Position numbers and translations under genes: made by a program
In this document: one piece after another, positions 1-13,149 of the stretch
Layout of the letters: every line of letters starts with the position of its first letter
Position numbering within the stretch: the first letter of the stretch is position 1
Notes under the pieces: model-generated
Told to the model about the DNA's origin: nothing
Seen by the model: the letters and a program-made list of their open reading frames with translations, nothing else
Database searches by the model: none
Source: Pristiophorus japonicus
Lineage: Eukaryota
Assembly: GCF_044704955.1 (NCBI RefSeq)
Contig: NC_091996.1
Coordinates: forward strand, 96,534,001 to 96,598,000
DNA: 64,000 nt
Direction: 5' to 3'

Positions 1-1678
1 CTGTTTTTGCCCCCAAAGTGGATAACCTCACATTTATCCACATTATACTGTATCTGCCATGCATTTGCCCACTCATCTAACCTGTCCAAGTCACCCTGCA
101 GCCTCTTAGCATCCTCCTCACAGCTCACACCGCCCCCCAGCTTAGCGTCATCTGCAAACGTGGAGATATTACACTCAATTCCTCCATCTAAATCATTTAT
201 GTATATTGTAAAGAGCTGGGGTCCCAGCACTGAGCCCTGCGGCACCCCACTAGTCACTGCCTGCCATTCTGAAAAGGACCCGTTTATCCCGACTCTCTGC
301 TTCCTGTCTGCCAACCAGTTCTCTATCCACGTCAGTACATTACCACCAATACCATGTGCTTTAATTTTGCACACTAATCTCTTGTGTGGGAACTTGTCAA
401 AAGCCTTTTGAAAGTACAAATACACCACATCCACTTGTCCACTCTACTAGTTACATCCTCAAAAAATTCTAGAAGATTTGTCAAGCATGATTTCCCTTTC
501 ATAAATCCATGCTGACTTGGACTGATCCTGTCACCGCTTTCCAAATGCGCTGCTATTTCATCTTTAATAATTGATTCCAACATTTTCCCCACTAGCGATG
601 TCAGGCTAACCGGTCCATAATTCCCTGTTTTCTCTTTCCCTCCTTTTTAAAAAGTGGTGTTACATTAGCTACCTTCCAGTCCATAGGAACTGACCCAGAG
701 TCAATAGACTGTTGGAAAATGATCACCAATGCATCCACTATTTCTAGGGCCACTTCCTTAAGTACTCTGGGATGCAGCCTATCAGGCCCTGAGGATTTAT
801 CGGCCTTCAATCCCATCAATTTCCCTAACACAATTTCCTGTCGAATAAGGATTTCCTTCAGTTCCTTCTTTTCGTTAGACCCTCGAACCCCTAGTATTTC
901 CGGAAAGTTATTTGTGTCTCCCTTCGTGAAGACTGATCCAAAGTATTTGTTCAGTTGGTCTGCCATTTCTTTATTCCCCATTATAAATTCACCTGATTCT
1001 GTATGCAAAGGACCTATGTTGGTCTTCACTAATCTTTTTCTCTTCACATATCTATACAAGTTTTTGCAGTCAGTTTTTATGTTCCCAGCAAGCTTCCTCT
1101 CATACTCTATTTCCCCCCTAATTAAACCCTTTGTCCTCCTCTGCTGAATTCTAAATTTCTCCCAGTCCTCAGGTTTGCTGCTTTTTCTCACCAATTTATA
1201 TGGCTCTCCCTTGGATTTAACACTATCCTTAATTTCCCATGTTAGCCACGGTTGAGCCACCGTCCCTGTTTTATTTTTACTCCAGACAGGGATGTACAAT
1301 TGTTGAAGTTCATCCATGTAATCTATAAATGTCTGCCATTTCATATCCACTGTCAACCCTTTAGTATCATTTGCCAGTCTATCCTAGCCAATTCACGTCT
1401 CATACCATCGAAGTTATCTTTGCTTAAGTTCCGGACCCGAGTCTCTGAATTAACTGTGTCACTCTCCAGCTTAATAAAGAATTCTGCCATATTATGGTCA
1501 CTCTTCCCCAAGGGGCCTCGCACAACAAGATTGCTAATTAGTCCTTTCTCATTACACAACACCCAGTCTAGGATGGCCAGCTCTCCAGTTGGTTCCTCGA
1601 CATATTCGGTGTAGAAAACCATCCCTAATATACTCCAGGAAATCCTCCTCCACCGCATTGCCACCAACTTGGTTAACC
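1..1678 (-). mobile_element. CR1-clade LINE, ORF2 fragment (end of endonuclease, linker, RT N-terminus), frameshifted; runs off the window
   Basis: Minus ORFs 1353-1667, 601-1356 and 374-592 carry CR1 motifs ([38 protein letters not shown]). Near-identical to the copies at 32.5-34.6 kb and 43-46 kb. Confidence 0.95.
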
Positions 1679-1747
1679 TTTAACAGGATTAATGCTGGGA
1701 AAATGGTTCTGGAGAGTCTAGAACTAGCGGTGACAGTCATAGAATAA

Positions 1748-2465
1748 GGCTGACACTCCCCAGTGCAGTACTGAGGGAGCGCTGCACTGTCAGAGATGCT
1801 GAAAGACGGCACCTCAGTACTGCCCCTACGCTAGTGCGGCGCTCCCTCAGTACTGCCCCTCCGACAGTGTGGCACTCCCTCAGTACTGCCCCTCCGACAG
1901 TGCGGCGCTCCCTCAGCAATGCTCCTCCGACAGTGCGGCGCTCCCTGAGTACTGCCCTTCCGACAGTGCGGCACTCCCTCAGTACTGCCCCTCCGACAGT
2001 GCGGCACTCCCTCAGTACTGCCCCTCCGACAGTGCGGTGCTCCCTCAGTACTGCCCCTCCGACAGTGCAGCGCTCCCTCTACTGCCCCTCCGACAGTGCG
2101 GCGCTCCCTCAGTACCACCCCTCCGACAGTGCGGCGCTCCCTCAGTACCGCCTCTCCGACAGTGCGGCGCTCCCTCAGTACCGTCCCTCCGACAGTGCGG
2201 CGCTCCCTCAGTACCGCCCCTCCGACAGTGCGGCGCTCCCTCAGTACCACCCCTCCGAAAGTGCGGCGCTCCCTCAGTACCACCCCTGTGACAGTGCGGC
2301 ACTCCTCAGTACTGCCCCTCCGACAGTGCGGCCCTCGCTCAGCACTACCCCTCCGACAGTGCGGCGCTCCCTCAATCCTGACACTGGGTGTTTTAGCCTG
2401 GATACGTGTGTAATTTGAAACCTCGACCTTTGACTCCGAGGAGGGCGAGCCAGTGCTCCCCAGTG
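1748..2465. mobile_element. SacSINE1/DeuSINE-like SINE composite: short plus fragment 1748-1800, then minus 5' half with a 33-bp tandem array
   Basis: Parent segment CAGTGCAGTACTGAGGGAGCGCTGCACTG, then about 17 units of CTCCCTCAGTACTGCCCCTCCGACAGTGCGGCG, then a degenerate tRNA-like head. Confidence 0.8.
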
Positions 2466-2469
2466 ATAC

Positions 2470-2585
2470 CTACAGATGGCCTGGAGGAGAGAGTCTCACT
2501 TTGCTTTGGAGCAAGTCTGGGTCTTCACCCGGACTAACGAGCTGAACTTTGGTGCAAAACTGGAACAGCTTCAAACCAATGCTGG
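2470..2585 (-). CDS. Candidate exon of an unrecognised minus-strand transcript (would end the 89-aa ORF)
   Basis: Unique non-repeat sequence with acceptor ctctccgcag and donor TAG|gtatca. Only the frame matching the phase-1 exon 8930-9088 stays open to the exon end. Confidence 0.4.
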
Positions 2586-2699
2586 CTGCGGAGAGTGAAT
2601 GCACAAAGCTGCCATTGAAAGAACAGGAGTCCCTCTCAGAGTAAGGGCCCACCAGGAGTGACCAGGACAATCCCAGAACTGGGACGTTGTACCGATCGG

Positions 2700-3185
2700 C
2701 AACGACTGAACAGGCCGGAGCTCTTACTTTAGAAAAGAGAAGACCAAGGGGCGAACTGATAGGGGACTTTAAAATTATGAAAGGGGTTTGATAGGATAGA
2801 TGTAGAGAATGTTTCCACTTGTGGGGGAGACAAGAACAAGGGGGCCATCGATATCAGACAGTCACTGATAAATCCAATGGGGAATTCAGGAGAAACTTCT
2901 TTACCCAGAGAGCGGTGAGAATGTGGAACTCGCTGCCACAGGGAGGGGTTGAGGCGAATAGTATCGATTCATTTAAGGGGAAGCTGGATAAACACACGAG
3001 GGGGAAAGAAATAGAAGGAGATGGTGATGGGGTGAGATGGAGAGGGGTGGGAGGGAGCTGGTGCGGAGCATAAACCCCGGCACGGAGGGGTGGGAGGGAG
3101 CTGGTGCGGAGCATAAACCCCGGCACGGAGCGGTGGGGCCCAGTGGCCTCTTCCAATGCTGTAAATCCCATGTCATTCTATGCAA
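2700..3185 (+). mobile_element. CR1 3' fragment with a 43-bp duplication in its 3' UTR
   Basis: Encodes RRNFFTQRAVRMWNSLP; the repeat starts at 3048 and 3091. Confidence 0.85.
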
Positions 3186-3254
3186 CAGGACCGAAACCAA
3201 CACATGGTGTCAAATTGTAGCGTCGCATCATTCGGGCACACTGCTGAAATGGCA

Positions 3255-3410
3255 ACTCCCTCCCTAACAGCACTGTGGGAGCACCTTCACCACATGGACT
3301 GCAGCGGTTCAAGAAGGGGGCTCACCACCACCTTCTCGAGGGGCGATTAGGGATGGGCAATAAATGCCGGCTTTGCCAGCGACGGCCACATCCCAGGAAT
3401 GAATCAAAAC
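3255..3410 (+). mobile_element. 3' end of a second LINE family (CR1/L2 superclade)
   Basis: Matches 26630-26945, which encodes WNSLPNSTVGAPSPHGLQRFKK and ends in an A-rich tail. Confidence 0.7.
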
Positions 3411-3489
3411 AAAAATTCTGTAAAGTGTTCTATAAAAATGTGTTGTGTGTAAAATGGGGAAACTTCCTGTGACCAAACCCTGCTTCATA

Positions 3490-4010
3490 AGCAACAGGAA
3501 AGATGTGATTGCACTGGAGAGGGTGCAGAGGAGATTTACCAGGATGTTGCCGGGATTGGAGAATTTTAGCTGTGAGGAAATATTGGATAGGCTGGGGTTG
3601 TTTTCTTTGGAACAGAGGAGGCTGAGGGGAGACCTGATTGAGGTGTATAAAATTATGAGGGGCCTGGATAGAGTGGATAGGACGGACCTGTTTCCCTTAG
3701 CAGAGGGGTCAAGAACTAGGGGGCATAGATTTAAAGTAATTGGGGGGAGGTTTAGAGGGGATTTGTGGGAAAATTTCTTCACCCAGGGGGTGGTGGGGGT
3801 CTGGAACTCACTGCCTGAAAGGGTGATAGAGGCAGAAACCCTCACCACATTTAAAAAGTACTTGGATGTGCACCTGAAATGCCGTAACCTACAGGGCTAC
3901 GAACCCAGAGCTGGAAAGTGGGATTAGGCTGGGTAGCTCTTTGTCGGCCGGCACGGACACAATGAGCTGAAATGGCCTCCTTCCGTGCTGTAAATTTCTC
4001 TGATTCTAGG
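3490..4010 (+). mobile_element. CR1 3' fragment
   Basis: ORF 3445-3927 contains ALERVQRRFTRMLPG, RRLRGDLIEVYKIM and WNSLP. Confidence 0.9.
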
Positions 4011-4514
4011 CAAGGTCTATCCTAGGTCCTGACTTCCTGTGTCAATGCCACATGAGATCACCTGAACAGGAGGAGGCTATTCAGCCCCTCAAACCTGTTC
4101 CGCCAGTCAATTGGATCATATCTGATCTCTATCCATCCACGTCGGTTCCGTAACCCTTAATATCCTTCCCCAACAAAATTCGATCAATCTCTGTTTCTAA
4201 ATGTTTAACTGACCCCTCCCCTCCCCAGCCTCAAGAGTTTTTTTTTGGGGGGGGGCGAGGGGGAGAGAGTTGCAGATTCCCACGGCCCTTTGTGTGAAGA
4301 AGTGCTTCCTGACATCACCCTGAACGGCCTGGCTCTAATTTAAAGGTTCTGCCCCTTGTTCTGGACTCCCCCCACCAGAAGGAATAATTTCTCTCTACCC
4401 TTCAATCCTTTAAACATCTCAATAAGATCTCCCCTTAATTTTTTATACTCTTGGTATTGCAAGTTTCGTCTGTACAATATGCAACAATGAGATGGACTAG
4501 TAAAATTCATGAAC

Positions 4515-7215
4515 CATTATCATCGTAGGCAGTCCCTCGGAATCGAGGAAGACTTGCTTCCACTCTTAACATGAGTCCTTAGGTGGCTGAACAGTCCAAT
4601 ACGAGAGCCACAGTCCCTGTCACAGGTGGGACAGACAGTGGTTGAGGGAAGGGGAGGGTGGGACTGGTTTGCCGCACGCTCCTTCCGCTGCCTGCGCTTG
4701 GTTTCTGCATGCTCTCGGCGACGAGACTCGAGGTGCTCAGCGCCCTCCCGGATGCACTTCCCCACTTAGGGCAGACGGGTCTTTGGCCAGGGACTCCCAG
4801 GTGTCGGTGGGAATGTTGCACTTTATCAGGGAGGCTTTGAGGGTGTCCTTGAAACGTTTCCTCTGCCCACCTTTGGCTCGTTTGCCGTGAAGGAGTTCCG
4901 AGTAGAGCGCTTGCTTTGGGAGTCTCGTGTCGGGCATGCAGACAATGTGGCCCGCCCAGCGGAGCTTATCGAGTGTGGTCAGTGCTTCGATGCTGGGGAT
5001 GTTGGCCTAGTCGAGGACGCTAACGTTGGTATGTCTGTCCTCCCAGGGGATTTGCAGGATCTTGCGGAGACATCGTTGGCAATATATCTCCAGCGCTTTG
5101 AGGTACATGGTCCATGTCTCTCAGCCATACAGGAGGGCGGGTATCACTACTGCCCTGTAGACCATAAGCTTGATGCCAGATTTGAGGGCCTGGTCTTCAA
5201 ACATTCTCCTCCTCAGGCGACCGAGGGCTGCACTGGCGCACTGGAGGCGGTGTTGGACCTTGTCATCGATGTCTGCCCTTGCTGATAGGCTCCTGAGGTA
5301 TGGAAAGTGGTCCACGTTGTCCAGGGCCGTGCCGTGGATTTTGATGACTGGGGGGCAGTGCTGTGCGGTGGGGTCAGGTTGGTGGAGGACCTTTGTCTTA
5401 CGGATGTTTAGTGTAAGGCCCATGCTTTCGTACGCCTTGGTGAAGATGTTGATGATGGCTTAGAGTTCAGACTCTGTGCGCAGACGCAGGCATCATCCGC
5501 CTACTGTAGTTCAACGACCGAGGATGGGACGACCTTGGATCTAGCCTGGAAGGTTGAACAGGTTCCCACTGGATCGATAGTTTCGTTCCACTCCAGCGGG
5601 GAGCTTGTTGAGTGTGAGATGGAGCATTGCAGCGAGGAAGATCGAGAAGAGAGTTGGCGTGATGACGCAGCCCTGCTTGACCCCGGTCCGGACGTGGATT
5701 GGGTCTGTGGTGAATCCGTTGGTCAGGATCACGGCCTGCATGTCGTCGTGGAGCAGGCAGTGGATGGCGACAAACTTTTGAGGGCAGCCAAAACAGAGGA
5801 GGACGCTCCATAGACCCTCACGGTTAACAGTGTCAAAGGCCGTTGTGAGATCAAAGAAGGCCATGTACAAGGGTTGGTGCTGTTCCCTGCATTTCTCTTG
5901 TAATTGTCACACGGTGAAGATCATGTCCATTGTATCCCTTAGTGGACGGAATCTGCATTGTGACTCTGGGTGGAGCTCTTCAGTCACAGGGAGAAGATGG
6001 TTGAGGAGGATTCTAGCGATGACTTTCCCAGTGGCCGACAGCAGGGAGATTCCCCTGTACTTGCCGCAGTCGGACTTGTCCCCTTTTTTAAAGTTGGTCA
6101 CGCTTACGGCATCTCTGAGATCCCCGGCATGCTCTCCTCCCTCCAGGTGAGAGAGATGAGGTTGTGTATTCGTGCCAATAGTGTCTCTCCGCCATACTTT
6201 AGTGTCTCAGCAGGGATTCCATCCGCTCCTGATGCCTTGTTGTTCTTGAGCTGACGGGTGGCCTTTTCTACCTCGTGCAGGGCTGGGGTTTTGCGGAGAT
6301 GGTGGCGGGTCACATGCTGCGGGATGGAGTCGAGAACACTCGTGTCAAAGGCAGAGTTTCGATTAAGGAGATCTTCGAAGTGCTCCTTCTAGCGGTTCCT
6401 GACTGCCTCGATGTCCTTGATGAGTGTTTCCCCGTTCTTGGCCAGCAGTGGGGTGGGGCCTTGGGAGTTTGGGCCGTAGGTGGCCTTGACTGCGGTGAAA
6501 AATCCTCGCACATCATGGCTGTCGGCCAGCTGCTGGATCTCCTGTTGCTTTCTCCATCCACCATCTATTCAGGTCGCGGGTTTTTCTTGTTGGACCTCGG
6601 CCTTCAGCCGACTGTGGAGCTGCCTTGCTGCTCCCGAGTTGGGTTGTTGTTTAAGGCTCAGAAAGGCCCTGCGCTTGCGATCTATTAGCTCCTGGATCTC
6701 CTGGTCATTCTCATCAAACCAGTCCTGGTGTTTCCTGGTTGTGTAACCGAGCGTCTCTTCACAGGCACTGGTTATGGAGACCTGGAGGGCAGACCAAGCA
6801 CTGTGGGCAGTCTGCGTCTCGGGGTCATCAAGACACGCCAGGTTGGCAGTGAGGCACTGGCTGTATAGGGCTCTCTTAACTGGGTCTTTAAGTGCCCCGG
6901 CATTGACTTTTCTGCGGCATTGCTTCTGTTGCCGTCGCAATTTGGGGCTGTATTAATGTTGATGATGGAACGGATTGGGCAGTGGTCTGTCCAGCTGTTG
7001 TCGGCTCCTGTCATGGCGCGGGTGATGCGCACATCTTTACGGTCCCTGGCTCAGACGATGACGTAGTTGAGCTTGGAGCGAGGGTGTTGCCACGATACCT
7101 TGTACTGGTCCCTCTGACGGAACATGGTGTTGGTGAACATGGTATTGTTCTCGGCATTTTGTCAGGAGTTGGCTTTCCCTACCCACTCTCTGCTGATCAC
7201 ACCAATGATGCTGTC
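4515..7215 (-). mobile_element. RTE-clade (BovB-like) LINE, 5'-truncated and degenerate (APE end plus RT)
   Basis: ORF pieces DCGKYRGISLLSATGKV, AFFDLTTAFDTV, TGVKQGCVITPTLF and GLTLNIRKTKVL, with a (TGA)n-type tail at 4515. Confidence 0.92.
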
Positions 7216-7399
7216 ATTCCCCCAGCTCTGTGACGATAAATTAAATGTGACAAGGCCTGCCATTCATGTTTGCCCCAGAGGTGGCGCTATAAACCTATCT
7301 CGGCCTGTTACTACAACAACAACTTGCATTTATACAGCACCTTTAATACAGTTAAATATCCCAAGCCACTTCACAGGAGCGTTATCAAACAACATTTGA

Positions 7400-7910
7400 C
7401 ATCTCCAACAGTGCGGCCCTCCCTCAGTACTGCCCCTCCGACAGTGCGACACTCCCTCAGTACTGCCCCTCCGACAGTGCAACACTCCCTCAGTACTGCC
7501 CCTCCGACAGTGCGGCGCTCCCTCAGTACTGCCCCTCCGACAGTGCGGCACTCCCTCAGTATTGCCCCTCCGACAGTGCGGCGCTCCCTCAGTACCGCCC
7601 CTCCGACAGTGCGACACTCCCTCAGTACTGCTCTGTCAGGTGGACGTAAAAGATCCCATGGCACTATTTCGAAGAAGAGTAGGGGAGTTCTCCCCGGTGT
7701 CCTGGGGCCAATATTTATCCCTCAATCAACATAACAAAAATCGATGATCTGGTCATTATCATAGTGCTGTGTGTGGGAGCTTGCTGTGCGCAAATAGGTG
7801 TTTCCCATATTACAACAGTGACTACACTCCGAAAAGTACTTCATTGGCTGTGAAACGCTTCGGGACGTCCTGAGCTGGTGAAAGGCGCTATATAACTGCA
7901 AGTACTTTCT
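7400..7910. mobile_element. 33-bp array (minus sense) fused to a plus-strand SINE 3' half, preceded by an L2 tail (7310-7400)
   Basis: About 7 units at 7403-7630, then a Deu-type body and the tail GAAAGGCGCTATATAA. Confidence 0.8.
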
Positions 7911-8155
7911 GTTTTACGGTTAAATAGCTGGCCAACCTTTTTTCTCTCTTCGCCATTGATCGCAGCCCTGGGACCCAAGCTCCCGGACTTGCCTTGGGGA
8001 CATGGGGCAGAAGATTCTCGGTGCTCAAGGGGACAGAATCCAGGTGGCTGGATTGGGATAAACCGTGGCCCCACCCCCTGTGGTGTCCTGGGCCAGCCCT
8101 CCCTCCCTCCCTCGACCAAAACAACAAGCCAGTCACCTCGCGGGCACTCGTGGGA

Positions 8156-8696
8156 CCATCGTAGGGAACCATCGGCAGGCCGGGGCCATTGGAGGGAGCA
8201 GCGTGGGGCGGTATACCACTGCAGGGAGCAGCGCGTGTTGCTGCAGGAGGGCGATGACTATGAAGCCAGGTCGCTGACTGCAGTGCAGGCAGGCACAGCA
8301 AGAGGGGCGAAGGAGCGGCGAGAGATCGTAGAGGGACGTGACCGGGGCCCAGGAGAGTCGTGAATCTGGGGCCCAGAAGAGGCGAGGGCCCAGGGGCAGC
8401 ACGGACCAGCCCACACTGCGATATGTGAGCGCACTGGGTCCGTGCAGCAGAGCTGCTCTCCAATCATCCTGGTTAACCCTTGCCCCTGGACCAAGACCTC
8501 GCTCTGTCAAGCCCGTGTGATGGCTGGTGTGCAACGGTCACCCCACGTTAAAACAATCCACCCACAGGCATCTTCCACCCTTCAGGATGTAGTTCGGGAT
8601 CCGGAATATTAGGTCCTTCATTGGGACACCGCGAACTCATCCCTTTTTGGTGTGGAAGCAAGTCACCCTCGCTTCGAGGGATCGCCTCTGATGATG
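8156..8696 (+). mobile_element. Non-autonomous retroposon with an RTE-derived 3' tail
   Basis: Ends GTGGAAGCAAGTCACCCTCGCTTCGAGGGATCGCCTCTGATGATGA, like the RTE tails at 4515 and 16705. Flanked by ACTCGTGGGA / ACTTGTGGGA (8146-8155, 8697-8706). Confidence 0.75.
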
Positions 8697-8929
8697 ACTT
8701 GTGGGAGCTTGCTGTGCGCACAAGGGTTGCCAGGAGAACGCCCACCTGGGCAGCTTGCTGCACTGGAATTGGTCGCGGGGCGTTTTTGGGGGGGGGGAGG
8801 TTTTCTGCCCACCATGGCGCTAAATCGAATGCAAACTCGAAAACACTGCAGCCTATCAAAGGCCGAGTTGTTACGTAATTAATCCGGATCTGTGGTGGGG
8901 GACGGGGGGAAGGGCTGTTCGATACGCAC

Positions 8930-9088
8930 CGAGGCTGAACCAGGAGATGTGCAGGAGGATCGGGTTTCGTGTCCCTGGCCCAGGGCCAGCGCTGAATACT
9001 GACAGAGGCAACACTCCCCGCACCAACACCAACACAAGCGACTCGGGACAGTGCTTCACAGGCCAAGGAACGCCGAGAGTCATGGCAG
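8930..9088 (-). CDS. Candidate exon with ATG at 9083 (MTLGVPWPVKHCPESLVLVLV...)
   Basis: Acceptor ccctgccttatgttcag, Kozak-like GCCATG, donor G|gtgcgt, in unique sequence between repeats. Confidence 0.45.
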
Positions 9089-9146
9089 CTGAACATAAGG
9101 CAGGGCAGTAACCCGCAACAACAGCAAAGGAAGACAGACATCGTAG

Positions 9147-11835
9147 TTATATAGCGCCTTTCACGACCACCGGACGTCCCAAAGCGCTTAACAGCCAATG
9201 AAGTACTTTTGGAGTGTGGTCACTGTTATAATGTGGCAAACGCGGCAGCCAATTCACGCACAGCAAGCTCCCACACACAGCAATGTGATAATGATCCAGA
9301 TCATCTGTTTTTTTGTTATGTTGATTGAGGGATAAATATTGGCCCCAGGACACCGGGGAGAACTCCCCTGCTCTTCTTCCAATAGTGGCCGAGGGAACTT
9401 TTACATCCACCCGAGAGGGCAGACGGGGCCTCGGTTTAACGACTCATCCGAAGGATGGCACCTCCGACAGTGCAGCACTCCCTCAGTACTGCCCCTCCGA
9501 TAGTGCGCCGCTCCCTCAGTACTGCCCCTCCGATAGTGCGGCACTCCCTCAGTACTGCCCCTCCGACAGTATGGCGCTCCCTCAGTACTGCCCCTCCGAC
9601 AGTGCAGCGCTCCCTCAGTACTGCCCCTCCGACAGTGCGGCGCTCCCTTAGTACTGCCCCTCCGACAGTGCGGCGCTCCCTCAGTACTGCCCCTCCGATA
9701 GTGCGGCACTCCCTCAGTACTGCCCCTCCGACAGTGCGCCGCTCCCTCAGTACTGCTCCTTAGACAGTGCGGCGCTCCCTCAGCACTGCCCCTCCGACAG
9801 TGCGGCGCTCCCTCAGTACTGCCCCTCCGACAGTGCGCCGCTCCCTCAGTACTGCTCCTTAGACAGTGCGGTGCTCCCTCAGTACTGCCCCTCCGACAGT
9901 GCGGCGCTCCCTCAGTACTGCCCCTCCGATAGTGCGGCACTCCCTCAGTACTGCCCCTCCGACAGTGCGCCGCTCCCTCAGTACTGCTCCTTAGACAGTG
10001 CGGTGCTCCCTCAGTACTGCCCCTCCGACAGTGCGCCGCTCCCTCAGTACTGCTCCTTAGACAGTGCGGTGCTCCCTCAGTACTGCCCCTCCGACAGTGC
10101 GCCGCTCCCTCAGTACTGCCCCTCCGACAGTGCGGCACTCCCTCAGTACTGCCCCTCCGACAGTGCGCCGCTCCCTCAGTACTGCTCCTTAGACATTGCG
10201 GCGCTCCCTCAGTACTGCTCCTTAGACAGTGCGCCGCTCCCTCAGTACTGCTCCTTAGACAGTGCGGCGATCCCTCAGTACCGCCCCTCCAACAGTGCGG
10301 CGCTCCCTCAGTACTGCTCCTTAGACAGTGCGGCGCTCCCTCAGCACTGCCCCTCCAACAGTGCGGCGCTCCCTCAGTACTGCTCCTTAGACAGTGCGGC
10401 GATCCCTCAGTACCGCCCCTCCGACAGTGCGGCCCTCCCTCAGTACTGCCCCTCCGACAGTGCGGCCCTCCCTCAGTACTGCCCCTCCGACAGTGCGGCG
10501 CTCCCTCAGTACTGCCCCTCCGACAGTGCGCCGCTCCCTCAGTACTGCTCCTTAGACAGTGCGGCGCTCCCTCAGCACTGCCCCTCCGACAGTGCGGCGC
10601 TCCCTCAGTACTGCCCCTCCGACAGTGCGCCGCTCCCTCAGTACTGCTCCTTAGACAGTGCGGCGCTCCCTCAGCACTGCCCCTCCAACAGTGCGGCGCT
10701 CCCTCAGTACTGCTCCTTAGACAGTGCGGCGATCCCTCAGTACCGCCCCTCCGACAGTGCGGCCCTCCCTCAGTACTGCCCCTCCAACAGTGCGGCGCTC
10801 CCTCAGTACTGCTCCTTAGACAGTGCGGCGCTCCCTCAGCACTGCCCCTCCAACAGTGCGGCGCTCCCTCAGTACTGCTCCTTAGACAGTGCGGCGATCC
10901 CTCAGTACTGCCCCTCCGACAGTGCGGCCCTCCCTCAGTACCGCCCCTCCGACAGTGCGGCCCTCCCTCAGTACTGCCCCTCCAACAGTGCGGCGCTCCC
11001 TCAGTACTGCCCCTCCGACAGTGCGGCGATCCCTCAGTACCGCCCCTCCGACAGTGCGGCCCTCCCTCAGTACTGCCCCTCCAACAGTGCGGCGCTCCCT
11101 CAGTACTGCTCCTTAGACAGTGCGGCGCTCCCTCAGCACTGCCCCTCCAACAGTGCGGCGCTCCCTCAGTACTGCTCCTTAGACAGTGCGGCGATCCCTC
11201 AGTACTGCCCCTCCGACAGTGCGGCCCTCCCTCAGTACCGCCCCTCCGACAGTGCGGCCCTCCCTCAGTACTGCCCCTCCGACAGTGCGGCGATCCCTCA
11301 GTACTGCCCCTCCGACAGTGCGGCCCTCCCTCAGTACCGCCCCTCCGACAGTGCGGCCCTCCCTCAGCACTGCCCCTCCAACAGTGCGGCGCTCCCTCAG
11401 TACTGCTCCTTAGACAGTGCGGCGATCCCTCAGTACCGCCCCTCCGACAGTGCGGCCCTCCCTCAGTACCGCCCCTCCGACAGTGCGGCCCTCCCTCAGT
11501 ACCGCCCCTCCGACAGTGCGGCCCTCCCTCAGTACTGCCCCTCCGACAGTGCGGCGCTCCCTCAGTACTGCCCCTCCGACAGTGCGCCGCTCCCTCAGTA
11601 CTGCTCCTTAGACAGTGCGGCGCTCCCTCAGCACTGCCCCTCCGACAGTGCGGCACTCCCTCAGTACTGCTCCTTAGACAGTGCGGCGATCCCTCAGTAC
11701 TGCCCCTCCGACAGTGCGCCGCTCCCTCAGTACTGCTCCTTAGACAGTGCGGCGCTCCCTCAGCACTGCCCCTCCAACAGTGCGGCGCTCCCTCAGTACC
11801 GCCCCTCCGACAGTGCGGCGCTCCCTCAGTACTGC
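9147..11835 (-). mobile_element. SacSINE1-like SINE 3' half with an expanded 33-bp array (9460-11835, about 72 units)
   Basis: SINE tail and body at 9147-9460 followed by 33-bp periodicity (11-aa periodic ORFs). The head is absent. Confidence 0.9.
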
Positions 11836-12915
11836 ATTTATATAGTGCCATTAACGTACTGAAACGTCCCAAGGTGCCTCACAGGAGTGTGATGAGACAA
11901 GAAATTTGACACCGAGACACATAAGGAGAAATTAGGGCAGGTGACCAAAAGCTGGGTCAAAGAGGTCGGTTTTAAGGAGCGTCTTAAAGGAGGAGAGAGA
12001 GGTAGAGAGGTTTTGGGAGGGAGTTCCAGAGCTTGGGGCCCAGGCAACAGAAGGCACGGCCACCGATGGTGGAGTGATTATAATCAGGGATGGTCAGGAG
12101 GGCAGAATTAGAGGAGTGCAGAGATCGCGGGGATTGTGGGGCTGGAGGAGATTACAGAGATAGGGAGGGGCGAGGGCCATGGAGGGATTTGTAAACAAGG
12201 ATGAGAATTTTGAAATCGAGGCGTTGCTTAACCGGGAGCCAATGTAGGTCAGTGATCACAGTGGGTGATGGGTGAGCGGGACTCGGTGCGAGTTAGGACA
12301 CGGGGCAGTGAGCACAGGGGGTGATGGGTGAGTGGGACTTGGTGCCAGTTAGGACACGGGGGCAACGAGCACAGGGGGTGATGGGTGAGTGGGACTCGGT
12401 GTGAGTTAGGACACGGGGCAGTGAGCACAGGGGGTGATGGGTGAGCGGGACTCGGTGCGAGTTAGGACACGGGGCAGTGAGCACAGGGGATGATGGGTGA
12501 GTGGGACTGGGTGCGAGTTAGGACACGGGGCAGTGAGCACAGGGGGTGATGGGTAAGTGGGACTGGGTGCGAGCTAGGACACGGGGCAGTGAGCACAGGG
12601 GGTGATGGGTAAGTGGGACTGGGTGCGAGCTAGGACACGGGGCAGCGAGCACAGGGGGTGATGGGTGAGTGGGACTGGGTGCGAGCTAGGACACGGGGCA
12701 GCGAACACAGGGGCAGATAGGTGAGTGGGACTCGGTGCAAGTTAGGACACGGGGCAGCGAGCACAGGGGGTGATGGGTGAGCGGGACTCGGTGCGAGTTA
12801 GGACATGGGGCAGCGAGCACAGGGCGTGATGGGTAAGTGGGACTCGGTGCGAGTTAGGACACGAGGCAGCTGAGTTTTGGATGAGCTCGAGTTTACAGAG
12901 GATGCAAGGTGGAGG
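11836..12915 (-). mobile_element. L2-clade LINE 3' end with an internal 56-bp tandem array (about 12265-12865)
   Basis: Encodes KLELIQNSAA followed by repeats of [13 protein letters not shown]; 3' UTR is L2-type. Confidence 0.85.
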
Positions 12916-13149
12916 GCCGATTGTTAGCAGAGTCAGAATTCTGTGGGCCTGGAATGTTGAAAAGGGGCTGAATTTAACGCTGGTGTCTCTCTCTGTCGAA
13001 CCTAAACCAGAATCCCGAGATCCGTTGGTACTGAGTTGAGAAACAGGTGAGGTAGTCAAACAGGGGGCAATCTTCACCACTGCAGCCCCCGAGTGGGCAC
13101 AGCAAGAGCCCGTGAAAATAACCAGTTTGCACACTGCTACCTTAGGGAT

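Noticed and set aside
9401-11872. CRISPR-like array or 823-aa repeat protein
   Set aside because: Head-to-tail 33-bp units with no unique spacers, no cas genes, vertebrate context, and derived from a SINE.
13011-13046. 36-nt plus-strand micro-exon
   Set aside because: Plausible splice sites but no partner exons or recognisable peptide.
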